Part shown: in pieces, positions 38,771-48,165 of the stretch | How the letters are laid out: the number at the start of each line of letters is the position of its first letter | Numbering within the stretch: the first letter of the stretch is position 1 | Assembly: GCA_009781185.1 (NCBI GenBank) | Contig: WQYP01000004.1 | Location: 232-64,231 of the forward strand | Origin: Phycisphaerales bacterium | GTDB lineage: Bacteria > Planctomycetota > Phycisphaerae > WQYP01 | Length of the DNA: 64,000 nucleotides | Direction: 5' to 3' | Notes under the pieces: model-generated | What the model saw: the letters and a program-made list of their open reading frames with translations, nothing else | Told to the model about the DNA's origin: nothing | Database searches by the model: none | Program-made: the position numbers and the translations under genes

Positions 38771-40594
38771 TCAATCGAACTCCGCTTCGTCGTTGCCTTG
38801 GTCCACGAGTTTTTTGGTGTTTTTGGCGGTTTCTTCTGAGCGCTTTACCCAACTGGACAACGCTTTTTCCAAGCATGTCAGGGGATCGGGCGGCATGTAG
38901 AGGATGCCGGTTTTGGTGGCGGGGTCGATGACGATGTGGTCGATGTACGCGGCAATGGCGTTGCAGAGTTGCACGGTGCCGGGCTTGGAATTCAGCGCCT
39001 TCTCCATTGCATCGAATTGCTCCTGTGCCCATTGCCGCAGGTCCGTTGCGGCCAATCGTTTTTCGCTTGATGTGCGGAGTTGTGCCAGTCGCGTCTCGGC
39101 AGCCTTCCGCTTGTTCCGCAGGTCCACGAAGGTCTGCTGTAATTCGGGTACGTCGTCGAGAGCTGTATCCGTCAACATCGTTGCCAGCGATTTCACACGC
39201 TTGCCGATGTCTTCGATTTCCTTTTCCAGCCTCGCCACCTCCGAGCCGCCCTTCTGCCGGGCCAGCACCGACTTGACGAATACGCTGATCGCGACCGAAC
39301 GGCCTTTCTCGTCGCCCAGCAGCGTCAATCGGATTTTTTCCAGCACCCATGCGTTCAGCGGCGGGGCCGGGATGCTCGACGATTGGCAGACCGCCTTGCC
39401 TTTGCGGTGGTACGCGCCATCGACGTAATACTGCTGCGTCCTGCCTTTGGACAATTTTCGCGTCCAACCGTAAAAGTTTGTTTTGCAGTTTCCGCAACGG
39501 ATCAAGCCCGACAGCATGTAGCGATTGGTGGACTTGGCGAGTCCTCCCATCGGTCGCCGCCGCAGTCGCTCCTCGCGTACCTTGGCGTAGGTCTCCGCGC
39601 TGATGATCGGGTCATGAACGTTTTCGGCGGTGATCCAATCCGCCTCGGCATTCCACGTCTTGCCAGCGGTCTTGCGGGCCACATGCTGGCCGTCGCCAGT
39701 GACGCGGAAGATGCTGCCGGTCTGCCGCCGGTTCCATGCGACGGTGCCGCAGTAGGCCGGGTTTCCGAGGATGTGCTTCACCTGCTGGGCGTTCCAGTTC
39801 TTCCCTTTGGGACTCGGGACGCCTTCCGTATTAAACGTCGCGGCAATCATCCAGACGCCCAGCCCCTGAAGGTACATCTCGAAAATACGCTTCACCGTGG
39901 CGATGTGGTCCTTGTCGCCGGGCACGAGGCGGACGATGTCGCTTTTGGTCTTGCCGGGGTTTTCGTCGGCGGCAAGGACGCGGACCAACTTCCCCGTAGC
40001 GTCGAACTCCCGCTTGCGACCGTCGGGCAACCAACGGAGTGTGCGGAGCACCTGCCCCGTAGCCGTCTGGTGCTGGCGGTCGTAACCATACGGCGGTTGC
40101 CCGCCCTGCGAGCTGCGTTTCGCCTTCACACTCGATACGCTGCCTCGGATGCAATCCCGCGCGAGCTTCACGCTGTATTGGCGAGCCTGCCATGATTTCA
40201 CGCCTTGGATCAATTCGCCTTCGTCGCCTTCGGGGATGCCCTCAGCGACGAAGATGGCCTCGACTCCGGCCAATCGCAGGCGATGCAGGTAATAGCCGGT
40301 CTCGTTGGTTCCGCCGCGAGAGAAGCGGGAGATGTCGTAGCATAGGACGGTGCCGAAGTCGCTGCCCGCCTCCGCGTCGGCGATCATCTGCTCGAAGTCA
40401 TCGCGGCCCCGAACGCTCGTGCCGCTGATAGCGTCGTCCACGTACCAGCGGGCGATGGTATACCCGTTCTCTTTCGCCCATTTCTCGACGTAAGCCTGTT
40501 GGTCGGGGATCGAACGATCTTGCATGTCCGTAGAACGCCTTGCGTACCCAATGGCAGCCATGTGTTGTGCCGAAGTTTTCGTAACGTGCCTCAT
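38771..40594 (-). CDS. large serine recombinase (resolvase catalytic domain + recombinase domain + zinc ribbon + coiled coil)
   Basis: Catalytic region AIGYARRSTDMQ ... VLCYDISRFSR. Zinc ribbon CGNCKTNFYGW. ATG at 40594 with RBS AGGAGA (ORF open to 40717). Confidence 0.85.
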   Translation of the reverse strand: MRHVTKTSAQHMAAIGYARRSTDMQDRSIPDQQAYVEKWAKENGYTIARWYVDDAISGTSVRGRDDFEQMIADAEAGSDFGTVLCYDISRFSRGGTNETGYYLHRLRLAGVEAIFVAEGIPEGDEGELIQGVKSWQARQYSVKLARDCIRGSVSSVKAKRSSQGGQPPYGYDRQHQTATGQVLRTLRWLPDGRKREFDATGKLVRVLAADENPGKTKSDIVRLVPGDKDHIATVKRIFEMYLQGLGVWMIAATFNTEGVPSPKGKNWNAQQVKHILGNPAYCGTVAWNRRQTGSIFRVTGDGQHVARKTAGKTWNAEADWITAENVHDPIISAETYAKVREERLRRRPMGGLAKSTNRYMLSGLIRCGNCKTNFYGWTRKLSKGRTQQYYVDGAYHRKGKAVCQSSSIPAPPLNAWVLEKIRLTLLGDEKGRSVAISVFVKSVLARQKGGSEVARLEKEIEDIGKRVKSLATMLTDTALDDVPELQQTFVDLRNKRKAAETRLAQLRTSSEKRLAATDLRQWAQEQFDAMEKALNSKPGTVQLCNAIAAYIDHIVIDPATKTGILYMPPDPLTCLEKALSSWVKRSEETAKNTKKLVDQGNDEAEFD

Positions 40595-40857
40595 GGCAAT
40601 TCTCCTGTAAAGGAACTTTTGTTTTTGCGACGGCACGCGCCGCCGTCTACGACACGATCCCTCAAGTTGGCAACGGCAGCAAGTCATGTCGCGGATCAAT
40701 TTGCAAGCTAAAACCACTGCAAAACAAGGTTAAAAAAGATCGAAAAACGTATTTAATTAACTTGATGTAATGGCGTAACTTGAGGTAAGTCATGGTTGTC
40801 CGGACGGGCGTGGGTGCCTACGCCACGGATAAGGCCCCGAATAACGGAGTATGTACC

Positions 40858-41196
40858 ATGACCATGAAGCAGTCCAAGAAGACCGCGAAGGCGACCAAAG
40901 CAACCAAGCCCGCCAAGGCGACCAAGAAGGCCAAAGCCGTCGCCGCCAAGCCCGTCGAAGCCAAGGCGACGAAGATGTCCGGCCTCGACGCCGCCGCCCG
41001 CGTTTTGAAGGAGAGCGGCGAAGCGATGAACGCCAAGGCGATGGTCGAGACGATGCTCGCCAAAGGCTACTGGACGACCGGCGGACGTACCCCTTCAGCC
41101 ACGATTTACGCTGCCGTCATACGAGAGATCGCCGCGAAGAAAGCCGACAGCCGATTCAAAAAGACCGACCGTGGCCTGTTCACCTTCAACAGCTAA
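40858..41196 (+). CDS. DNA-binding protein: Lys/Ala/Pro-rich histone-H1-like N-terminal tail + winged-helix (HARE-HTH-like) C-terminal domain
   Basis: KTAKATKATKPAKATKKAKAVAAKP tail. C-terminal LKESGEAMNAKAMVETMLAKGYWTTGGRTPSATIYAAVIREI ... RFKKTDRGLFTF. ATG at 40858 or 40864 after GGAG. Confidence 0.5.
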   Translation: MTMKQSKKTAKATKATKPAKATKKAKAVAAKPVEAKATKMSGLDAAARVLKESGEAMNAKAMVETMLAKGYWTTGGRTPSATIYAAVIREIAAKKADSRFKKTDRGLFTFNS

Positions 41197-41429
41197 CCCC
41201 CCCCCTCGCCCCCTCCCTCGCCCCCGCCTTCCGACCTCGGCAACTCGCCGGGGTCTTTATCATGGGTCGCCATCGTTGCCGCCTCCAACGCCTTGAGCCG
41301 TTCCCATTCGGCTATCGGCACGATCACCAAATCCATCGCGTTATAACGCCACAGTCCGAGCGGGCGACCGGTCCGCAGAATCTCCCGGCAGGCAAATCCG
41401 AGAATGGCCCGCACATGGCTGATCGGCAT
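41193..41429 (-). CDS. possible Phd/YefM-like antitoxin-fold protein (orphan), convergently overlapping the end of 40858..41196
   Basis: MPISHVRAIL..ACREILRTGRPL ... MDLVIVPIAEWERLKALE resembles the Phd/YefM pattern. No cognate toxin ORF seen. The G-rich tail could be an artefact. Confidence 0.3.
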   Translation of the reverse strand: MPISHVRAILGFACREILRTGRPLGLWRYNAMDLVIVPIAEWERLKALEAATMATHDKDPGELPRSEGGGEGGGEGGG

Positions 41430-41579
41430 CCCGAAAATAGGTTCATGCTTGGGCATCAAACATCCCGTGAAAAAAATGTTGTACAGGAAAGAAAGTCAAC
41501 TGTACCCCGTGATTGTTCCCTCGGCCATCTCCGGTTGAGACCGCCGAGGGGGGAACCGTTACCCCCCCCCGTTATGGCC

Positions 41580-42113
41580 TCAATAATTCAGCCGCGTAAG
41601 ACCCCATTCCTTCAAAATGGCTTCAGCTTCTTCAAGTGTTAATTCACCATCAGGTCTGCCGTCGGGCCTTTTTTCGTGAGGGCCGCAGCAAATGGAGCAA
41701 CGCCAAGGGTTCTTGCCGTCTTTCGCAGCTTGAAAATCATATGTGATGCTTATTTCTTCCCAGCTTTTCTCATCTTTGTGCGTATTAAACCTGCCATGAT
41801 ATTGCTTCCCGCTTTGGTAATAGTCGGATTCCTGTCGAGGATTGCCAGTCTTGTCGAGAAGAAGTTCTTTATAAGTATGCATTGTGTCGTGCGTTGTTCG
41901 TTGATCGGCATGCGCAGGGTTGTTCCAATCCGCCTGATACCCGCCACCCCTTTCAACCCACGTATCCGGGATAACCGGCAGTCCGCGTACTTTGCGGTCA
42001 GGATTGGAAGCTCGCCCATATACTTGTTCCGCGCGAGGCCCGCGCTTACACCCCACCAACAGTACGCATGTGACGAGAATCATTGAACATAGAACAGTTC
42101 CAGTTATTCGCAT
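41580..42113 (-). CDS. lipoprotein, hypothetical
   Basis: Signal peptide with lipobox LLVGC when started at ATG 42113. The ORF is open to 42176. Confidence 0.45.
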   Translation of the reverse strand: MRITGTVLCSMILVTCVLLVGCKRGPRAEQVYGRASNPDRKVRGLPVIPDTWVERGGGYQADWNNPAHADQRTTHDTMHTYKELLLDKTGNPRQESDYYQSGKQYHGRFNTHKDEKSWEEISITYDFQAAKDGKNPWRCSICCGPHEKRPDGRPDGELTLEEAEAILKEWGLTRLNY

Positions 42114-42162
42114 AGCGTTTCGCTCCATTTCCACGTTATAACCTTCCGCATCGTCGTCCTCC

Positions 42163-42807
42163 TTAACCTCGGCCATCTGCTATGGAGCATTGGCGATTTC
42201 GCCGCCGTCTTATCAACGGCAGGATGCCAAAGATGCCATAAGCACTCACGAGAGCAATAAATAGTCCAAGAAAACGGAATTGGAACAAAATATATCTCGC
42301 TTCAGATGGCGGATCAGACATGCGAAAGATAGTTCCATGCCGAATAGCATCTCGAAAACTCAACGCCTTATTGCAGTCAAAAAAGTTATACGTACCCCTA
42401 TAGATGCGAAATAACGAAATGGAAAAGATACAGTCGCCCGCTCTCGGAGAATCAGGTACCTCTGGCATCAGATAATCATTCATATCTGCATCTCGGTAAA
42501 AAAACGTATGCGTATCTAGATGCAATCCGGATTCCATGCCGGTAAACGAACTGTTTGACCACGGTCCAACAACCTCCAGACTCAAGTTACCTTTCCCGCT
42601 TAAAAGGACAACCGAAACATTGTCGGGCCTGACAATGGCCAACTCCCAAGCGGTCTTATGACTTAAAATCCAACCAAGCAGTAGAATTGAAACAGCTGAT
42701 ATCCAAAGTGACGCCATCAACGACAAACGAAAACGACCGGATCGCCGAGTTGCATAATCTAACACTATCCGGTTCGAAGGTTCTTTTAATGTCGGCTCAT
42801 CGCCCAT
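42163..42807 (-). CDS. hypothetical membrane protein
   Basis: N- and C-terminal TM helices. Confidence 0.4.
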   Translation of the reverse strand: MGDEPTLKEPSNRIVLDYATRRSGRFRLSLMASLWISAVSILLLGWILSHKTAWELAIVRPDNVSVVLLSGKGNLSLEVVGPWSNSSFTGMESGLHLDTHTFFYRDADMNDYLMPEVPDSPRAGDCIFSISLFRIYRGTYNFFDCNKALSFRDAIRHGTIFRMSDPPSEARYILFQFRFLGLFIALVSAYGIFGILPLIRRRRNRQCSIADGRG

Positions 42808-43190
42808 CTCTCAATACTCGCTTAAAAGATGTTTTTAGTTGCCTGTCGGAGAGGATAGCATGCCAGTGTTGGGGGGGGCAATTTCCGCTTGGCTCCGCCG
42901 CCGCGTCGCCGCTGTTGTCGGGGAGGGGCGGGGGGATCGGGAGAGATGCATCATTCAACACTCCTTTACGCTATGCCGTTTATCTAAATTTCCTGCCAGT
43001 TGCCGGAATCACGCCACAACGGGTGGACAAGCAGCTTCATGCCCGTATTGTACCTTGGAGCGGTCTCGTGTTCGCTACGCGCAACAAACAAAAACAGTAG
43101 CCCTGCCCGTTCCCCTCGGCGTCATGGGGCGAACGTATCGGCCAGTACCTAAGTGTTCCGTTAAACCATATTTTCGGTTTAACGGAACAC

Positions 43191-43532
43191 TTACGCATAA
43201 CCGGGAAAACGTTCTGCTGTGAAGTTCGCCTTGGCTTTGGCCTTCATTTCTTTTTCTTTGCCAAGAAATTGTCCGTAATCAATGAAGTAGCGTTTGGCGA
43301 CCTCCGGCATCGCCCAGCGTCGGCGGCGATTATGAAAACTACGTCCCAGGTCCACGATCTTCCCGGCTCGCTCCAACTGGCGCAGTGCTCGTCGGAACGA
43401 AACATGCTCACTCTCGGTGATCTCATTTTTCTGAAGCGCCACCCCGACGATGGCGATGCTGTCGATCTCCTTGCTTTGCTTGGCCAGCACTTCCAGACAT
43501 AGCTGTTGAACTTTGCCCATGCCTCGACTCAT
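43191..43532 (-). CDS. small putative winged-helix transcriptional regulator (repressor-like)
   Basis: ATG at 43532 with strong RBS GGAGGA. Helix-rich sequence LCLEVLAKQSKEIDSIAIVGVALQKNEITESEHVSFRRALRQLERAGKIVDL. Sits directly downstream of the operator-like array. Confidence 0.45.
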   Translation of the reverse strand: MSRGMGKVQQLCLEVLAKQSKEIDSIAIVGVALQKNEITESEHVSFRRALRQLERAGKIVDLGRSFHNRRRRWAMPEVAKRYFIDYGQFLGKEKEMKAKAKANFTAERFPGYA

Positions 43533-43570
43533 TTTGGTGGTCCTCCATCGGTTAAGTGTTTCGTAGCGTC

Positions 43571-43790
43571 GCATTTTACAAAATGTGACAGGCGTCACGT
43601 TTTCGGCGTCACATTTTTTTATTCTGCGTCATGCAAAATGTGACGATGAATGTAAATCGTTATCTTTCCAAACTTTAGTGCGTCACATTTTTTGTCACGT
43701 TGTCACATTTCATTTCACGGCCACGCCACGTCACATTTTCCCTCCCTATAAGGGAGGGAAAATGTGACGTGACGCTCGTGACGCTTAATT
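43571..43790. promoter_or_regulatory. operator-like array: at least 7 copies of GTCACATTTT/AAAATGTGAC plus a perfect 18-bp-arm palindrome CGTCACATTTTCCCTCCC-TATAA-GGGAGGGAAAATGTGACG (43726..43775)
   Basis: Counted by eye in the intergenic region between the AAA_25 ATPase gene's stop and the small regulator's start. Confidence 0.6.
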
Positions 43791-45431
43791 CGGTATGCTC
43801 AAAAGTTCGCCGGTGACGATGATTTCACCGCGATCAGCGAGCACTTGGAGAACGCGATGCAGATTTTGGCGTACCATGCCAGCCGAGGTGCAGGCCGCAC
43901 GCCACGCCTCCATCGTCACCTGCCCGTTATGTTTTGCTAAACGGTGGGCGATTTCCAGACCGGTCTTCTGCCATTTGCCGGACATGGCGGTTTTGGATTT
44001 GGCGACGATGGCGCTGGTGTCGGCGTCGAGGACTTCGATCACTGCGGAGGTCACGGGGTTGCCGTCTTCGTCGGTCAGGTCGGGCAGTTCCACGGGAGCC
44101 AGTTTCATCGCCAGCGGCGGTGGCGTTTCGGCGTCCTTCATTTTCGTGGCGGTCAGCAGCAGGGCGTTTTCGTTTTCGAGGCGGTACTCGGCGTCGAGTG
44201 CGGCTTTGAGTGCGATGGCACCGCGAGCACGGCTTTTGTCGCTGTGGCCGGAATGATGGACGACAAGGATTGTGCAGTCGTAACGATAGCGGATCGCGTC
44301 GCAAGCGGTGACAAACTTGCTCATGTCCTGCGTGGAGTTTTCATCGCCGCCGCCGAAGCAGCGGGCGAGGGTGTCGAGTACGATTAACGTTGGCGGTCCG
44401 ACGGTGGCGATGCCGGTGTCGATGGCGGTGAGTAGCGAGATCAGGTCGGTCGGTTCGGGGATCGCGACGGACGGTGCGAGGAACAGCGGCTTGTTTTGCA
44501 GGCTGATGTTGTGGTGCTCGCTCCACGCGCGGATGCGTCTGCCGAACCCCTGCTGGCCTTCACCGGCGACGTAGACGACAGGACCGCTTTTGACCGAATG
44601 GCCACGCCACGGTGTACCCGTCGCGATCCGACATGCCCAGTCGATGGCCAAGAAGGATTTGCCGCAACCGGGATCGCCGAAGATGAGGGCGAACGTGTCA
44701 CGTTCAAGGATACCACGCAATAACCATCGCGGCGGATGCACCTCGATTTGATCGACGCGAGTAAGCCTGATCCGTGATGCCGGTGGCGGTGGTGCCGATG
44801 CGATGAGATTTTCACGCGCGGGGGGCAGCGATGGCACGGCGGTCGGTTCGTCGTTCTCAAACTCCGGCACCTCCTCCAAATGTTCGAACTCCGGTGTCAC
44901 CTCCAACGGTCGAGGCGGCGCTGCATTCCGATTCCGTCGAAGCGGCTTTGCGGCCCATACCTCCACCGCCCGCAGCCACGGACACAGCAGCTTCGGATCG
45001 AAAATGTCCAGATCGGACGTTTCCAGTTCTTTCCATAAATTGGTCACGTAAGCCATCGCGTGTTGGCGAGCGCGTAGTCGGGCGGCGGGCACTTCGTGGC
45101 CGGGACGATAGCCGAGATGGTGCGTCTTTGGGCCTGCGTCGCCCGCTCCGTACACCGTGTAGCGCTCGCGGAGACGGCGGCGTTGTTTGTGCATCGCCTC
45201 CTCCTCCGCAAACGGATCGCAGCGACGCTTGGCCATGAGTTCGCCAATCGACACCGGCTTCAACATCGGCGGCGGTGGCGGTCCCGGCGGATGCGCCCAA
45301 ACGCGCACAATCCGCCGAGCCTCCTCAACGAAGTCCCGGCGATAAGCTCGCTCGGCGGCGTAGGTGAGAGCATCGACGGGAAAGTTCATGCCGTCCTGGT
45401 ACTCACGCACAATGTTATTGTTTGCAACCAT
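43785..45431 (-). CDS. AAA_25/RecA-fold replication ATPase (phage or plasmid primase-helicase-like)
   Basis: Walker A LIFGDPGCGKSFLAIDWA ... GPVVYVAGEG and Walker B LIVLDTL, typical of the AAA_25 / RepA-like family. Confidence 0.6.
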   Translation of the reverse strand: MVANNNIVREYQDGMNFPVDALTYAAERAYRRDFVEEARRIVRVWAHPPGPPPPPMLKPVSIGELMAKRRCDPFAEEEAMHKQRRRLRERYTVYGAGDAGPKTHHLGYRPGHEVPAARLRARQHAMAYVTNLWKELETSDLDIFDPKLLCPWLRAVEVWAAKPLRRNRNAAPPRPLEVTPEFEHLEEVPEFENDEPTAVPSLPPARENLIASAPPPPASRIRLTRVDQIEVHPPRWLLRGILERDTFALIFGDPGCGKSFLAIDWACRIATGTPWRGHSVKSGPVVYVAGEGQQGFGRRIRAWSEHHNISLQNKPLFLAPSVAIPEPTDLISLLTAIDTGIATVGPPTLIVLDTLARCFGGGDENSTQDMSKFVTACDAIRYRYDCTILVVHHSGHSDKSRARGAIALKAALDAEYRLENENALLLTATKMKDAETPPPLAMKLAPVELPDLTDEDGNPVTSAVIEVLDADTSAIVAKSKTAMSGKWQKTGLEIAHRLAKHNGQVTMEAWRAACTSAGMVRQNLHRVLQVLADRGEIIVTGELLSIPN

Positions 45432-45656
45432 TCAATTACTCTCCGCGATGCGACGAAGCTGTTCACGTTCCCATTGAGCCAGTAGCCACGCCGCCATCGC
45501 TTCGTGACGGCGGTCCCATCTTGCCTGATTTTCAGGAGTGCGGGGTGCAGCCCGTACCTTCATCGTAATATTGCCGACACGTTCGGAAACGCCGAACTCC
45601 GGCGTGTCTTGCATACTTTCATGCATACATTCGGATGCGTCTTGCATAAGAACCAT
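45432..45656 (-). CDS. small hypothetical protein
   Basis: ATG at 45656, ending 1 nt before the ATPase start. Weak. Confidence 0.25.
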   Translation of the reverse strand: MVLMQDASECMHESMQDTPEFGVSERVGNITMKVRAAPRTPENQARWDRRHEAMAAWLLAQWEREQLRRIAESN

Positions 45657-45691
45657 AAACGACTCCAATTCAAGAAGTAGATGAAATGATT

Positions 45692-45733
45692 CAAAAAGAA
45701 AGGGGCGGGAAGCACGGAGAAACCTCCCGCCCC
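45692..45733 (-). terminator. rho-independent terminator (minus strand): stem GGGCGGGA..TCCCGCCC followed by a T-run, 3' of the capsid-fusion gene
   Basis: Plus strand reads AAAAAGAAAGGGGCGGGAAGCACGGAGAAACCTCCCGCCCC. On the minus strand this is a hairpin followed by CTTTCTTTTT. Confidence 0.55.
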
Positions 45734-45778
45734 CCTGACCTCTCCCCCCCTTCCCCATCCCCCTGACCGGAGAATGAT

Positions 45779-47599
45779 TTATGCAATGCCCTTGCTGCGG
45801 ACCGCAGCGCGAGGGTCAATCATCGCGGCACCGAAGTCATGGTAAACGCGCCAGTGTGCGGCGAGCGTATTGACATCGTGCTCGATCCCTTGGAACTCGA
45901 TGGTCGGACTTTGCTGGCCGTTGAGGAACGCCACCACCATCGCCGTGGCTGCCGGGGACGCGAACAAATACCAGTGGGCATTGCTGGTCTGTTTGCCGAA
46001 TTTCTGGGCGTTGGCCAATCGCGGTTCCACTTCCAGTTTCACCACGTTTCGCAGGCTGTTGCCGGTGGGCAAATCGACCTGGGCCATGATGTACTCGGAT
46101 TCCAGCAGCGATCTTGCCGTGGTCTCGAGCGCCGGTGGCACCAGCAGGACTGCCGGGCGGATGTCCAGATCGTTACCTTCATCGTCCCGCTGACTAATCA
46201 TCGCTTTGATCGCGTTGGACAGCGACCAAGTGCTGAGATTGGAGTCGGCACCGTCGATGTAGTTGCTGTTGGCTTTGCTGAAGAAGTTGCCCTCGTTCGC
46301 CAGCAGCACGCCGAACACGAGGTCGTTGAGCTTTCGCATCGCCGCCTTGCCCATCGCTGCCGACGCTTCGGCAAAGACGCCGAGGTCGTCGTTGATGAGA
46401 TCGCGGCGGTCGATGCCCAGCAGTTTGCCGTAGGTGTCGATCTGGTAGGACGCCAGCCATTCCTTGACGGTGCCGTGCTTGAGTTCGCCGCCCGGAGCGA
46501 CCTGTTCCAAACCGCCGACGAAGGAGGGGCGGATTGCGGTGTTGGTTTTGAAGTCGGCCACGGATCGGATCGCCGCGAATGAACGCCACGTCGCCGGTGC
46601 ATCGCTGTAGGCGTCCAACAAATTCTTGCTGGCCAGATCACCAAGCGCAACCGGCAGCGACATCGTGCTCAATGCCGCCTTTACCATCGCATCACGACCG
46701 ACGGGAATTTCCTGACCGTCGAGCGTCAACGCCATCCGGCACAAATCGAGACAGTGCGTAATGCCCAGGTCGTGAGCCTGCTGCAAAACATCGGACTTGA
46801 AATGTTTCTCGGCGGTTTTGCTCATCCCCATGCGAAAAGCCAACGCCGCTTCGATCACTTCGGTTGTTGCCGCCGGACGATACCCACCCGCCATCGGAGC
46901 CGTCGGTCGCGATGTCCGCAGAACCTCAAGTTCCGTCCTCGCCGCATCCCAACCATTGGACACCGCTTTGGCCGCGATCTCAGGATGCCGGGCCGTCAAC
47001 TTCATGATGCCCGCCACACGCACCCGCTCGGCAGCAAGAACATCATCGTCATCGACCACGCCACGACTGGCGGCGATAGCAACGCTGGTGCGACCGTCGC
47101 ACCCCAGCGTCACTACCGACACCTCCCGCAGCGTCCCCTTGGTCACGACCGTCAGCCCACCTTTTGGCGCAACGACAGTCCGACCATTGATCTCCATCTT
47201 TTCACCCGGAGCCAGGCGGACAGTTTCATCGGGCGCGACGCCGACGCTGGCCTGCAACGGGAATCCGTCGCGGGCCAGATCAAGCACCTTCCTCGCCGAC
47301 GCCGTCGAGCCGACAATACTACCAGCGACACGAAGTTGCCCGGCTTGCACCGCCGCCTCACCTTTGCCCAGCACATTGTCCAAACCTGTATCATGGTCCA
47401 CCAGCAGCGGAATCAATCCGCCACAATCCAGACCCGCGAGGTTGATGGCAATGTTCCCCCACCCCCCAACCCGCATGACACCGCCGGTATAAGCGACGAT
47501 GTTCACAGTAGGCTGCTTCACCCCCCCCTCCCTCTGCCCCGCCGCGATCTCAACCTTCGCAGCGGTCAGGACAAGTTCTTGTTCAATCATGGTCGTCAT
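45779..47599 (-). CDS. phage prohead protease (U35/HK97-type) fused to HK97-fold major capsid protein, copy 1
   Basis: N-terminal protease-like region (NIVAYTGG ... EVSVVTLGCDG). C-terminal MCP region (FKTNTAIRPSFVGG ... GELKHGT ... WRVYHDFGAAMIDPRAAVRSKG). Paralog of 59935..61983. Confidence 0.7.
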   Translation of the reverse strand: MTTMIEQELVLTAAKVEIAAGQREGGVKQPTVNIVAYTGGVMRVGGWGNIAINLAGLDCGGLIPLLVDHDTGLDNVLGKGEAAVQAGQLRVAGSIVGSTASARKVLDLARDGFPLQASVGVAPDETVRLAPGEKMEINGRTVVAPKGGLTVVTKGTLREVSVVTLGCDGRTSVAIAASRGVVDDDDVLAAERVRVAGIMKLTARHPEIAAKAVSNGWDAARTELEVLRTSRPTAPMAGGYRPAATTEVIEAALAFRMGMSKTAEKHFKSDVLQQAHDLGITHCLDLCRMALTLDGQEIPVGRDAMVKAALSTMSLPVALGDLASKNLLDAYSDAPATWRSFAAIRSVADFKTNTAIRPSFVGGLEQVAPGGELKHGTVKEWLASYQIDTYGKLLGIDRRDLINDDLGVFAEASAAMGKAAMRKLNDLVFGVLLANEGNFFSKANSNYIDGADSNLSTWSLSNAIKAMISQRDDEGNDLDIRPAVLLVPPALETTARSLLESEYIMAQVDLPTGNSLRNVVKLEVEPRLANAQKFGKQTSNAHWYLFASPAATAMVVAFLNGQQSPTIEFQGIEHDVNTLAAHWRVYHDFGAAMIDPRAAVRSKGIA

Positions 47600-48165
47600 C
47601 TATTTCCTCCTGTTGAAAAAGGATCAAAACCTGCTCGCAGTAAACCTGGCGCTAACAATCTCAACTCACGGCGGACGGAGCCTTCACTCATCCCCAACCG
47701 CCGAGCAGTTTCACTCAAATTACCTTTGCACTCGATCACTAAACGACAAAGCACCTTGCTTTCCTCGTCACTGATGTACTCCAAAATGTCATCGAGACTC
47801 CATCGGCTACGAGTCAGTTCCTTCGAGCGGTTCTTCGTCACCAGATGCTCTACAGGTTCTTTACCATCCATCGGTTCAGGGAATTGCTGGAACCGACGGG
47901 CCTGCTTCGCTTCCTGTTCGGTGACTTTCATCACCGCTCGTTGCACAACTTTGTAAATGAAAGTCTTCTCGCTTGCTCCTTGTGTTGGATCGTACTTCGG
48001 CGGCTTGCGGAGCAGACGCACTATCGTTTCCTGCACCACATCGTCGTAATCAACATGCTCGGGACAATACTTCTGGGCCGCTTGCAGGGCGACCGCCCTG
48101 GCGTACTCCAGAAGCTCCGGCGACAACACCCATTCGTTTTCTTTTTCGTTCGGTTCGGGAATCAT
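47596..48165 (-). CDS. sigma-70 family (ECF-like) RNA polymerase sigma factor
   Basis: Region 2 (YDDVVQETIVRLLRK) and region 4 HTH (LSETARRLGMSEGSVRRELR). ATGA overlap with the capsid-fusion gene. Confidence 0.65.
   Translation of the reverse strand: MIPEPNEKENEWVLSPELLEYARAVALQAAQKYCPEHVDYDDVVQETIVRLLRKPPKYDPTQGASEKTFIYKVVQRAVMKVTEQEAKQARRFQQFPEPMDGKEPVEHLVTKNRSKELTRSRWSLDDILEYISDEESKVLCRLVIECKGNLSETARRLGMSEGSVRRELRLLAPGLLRAGFDPFSTGGNR

Noticed and set aside
38673-40195. ORFs 38673..39497 (minus strand, alternative frame) and 39383..40195 (plus strand, antisense), both lying within the serine recombinase locus
   Set aside because: Arg-rich shadow ORFs. The recombinase frame has catalytic and zinc-ribbon motifs.
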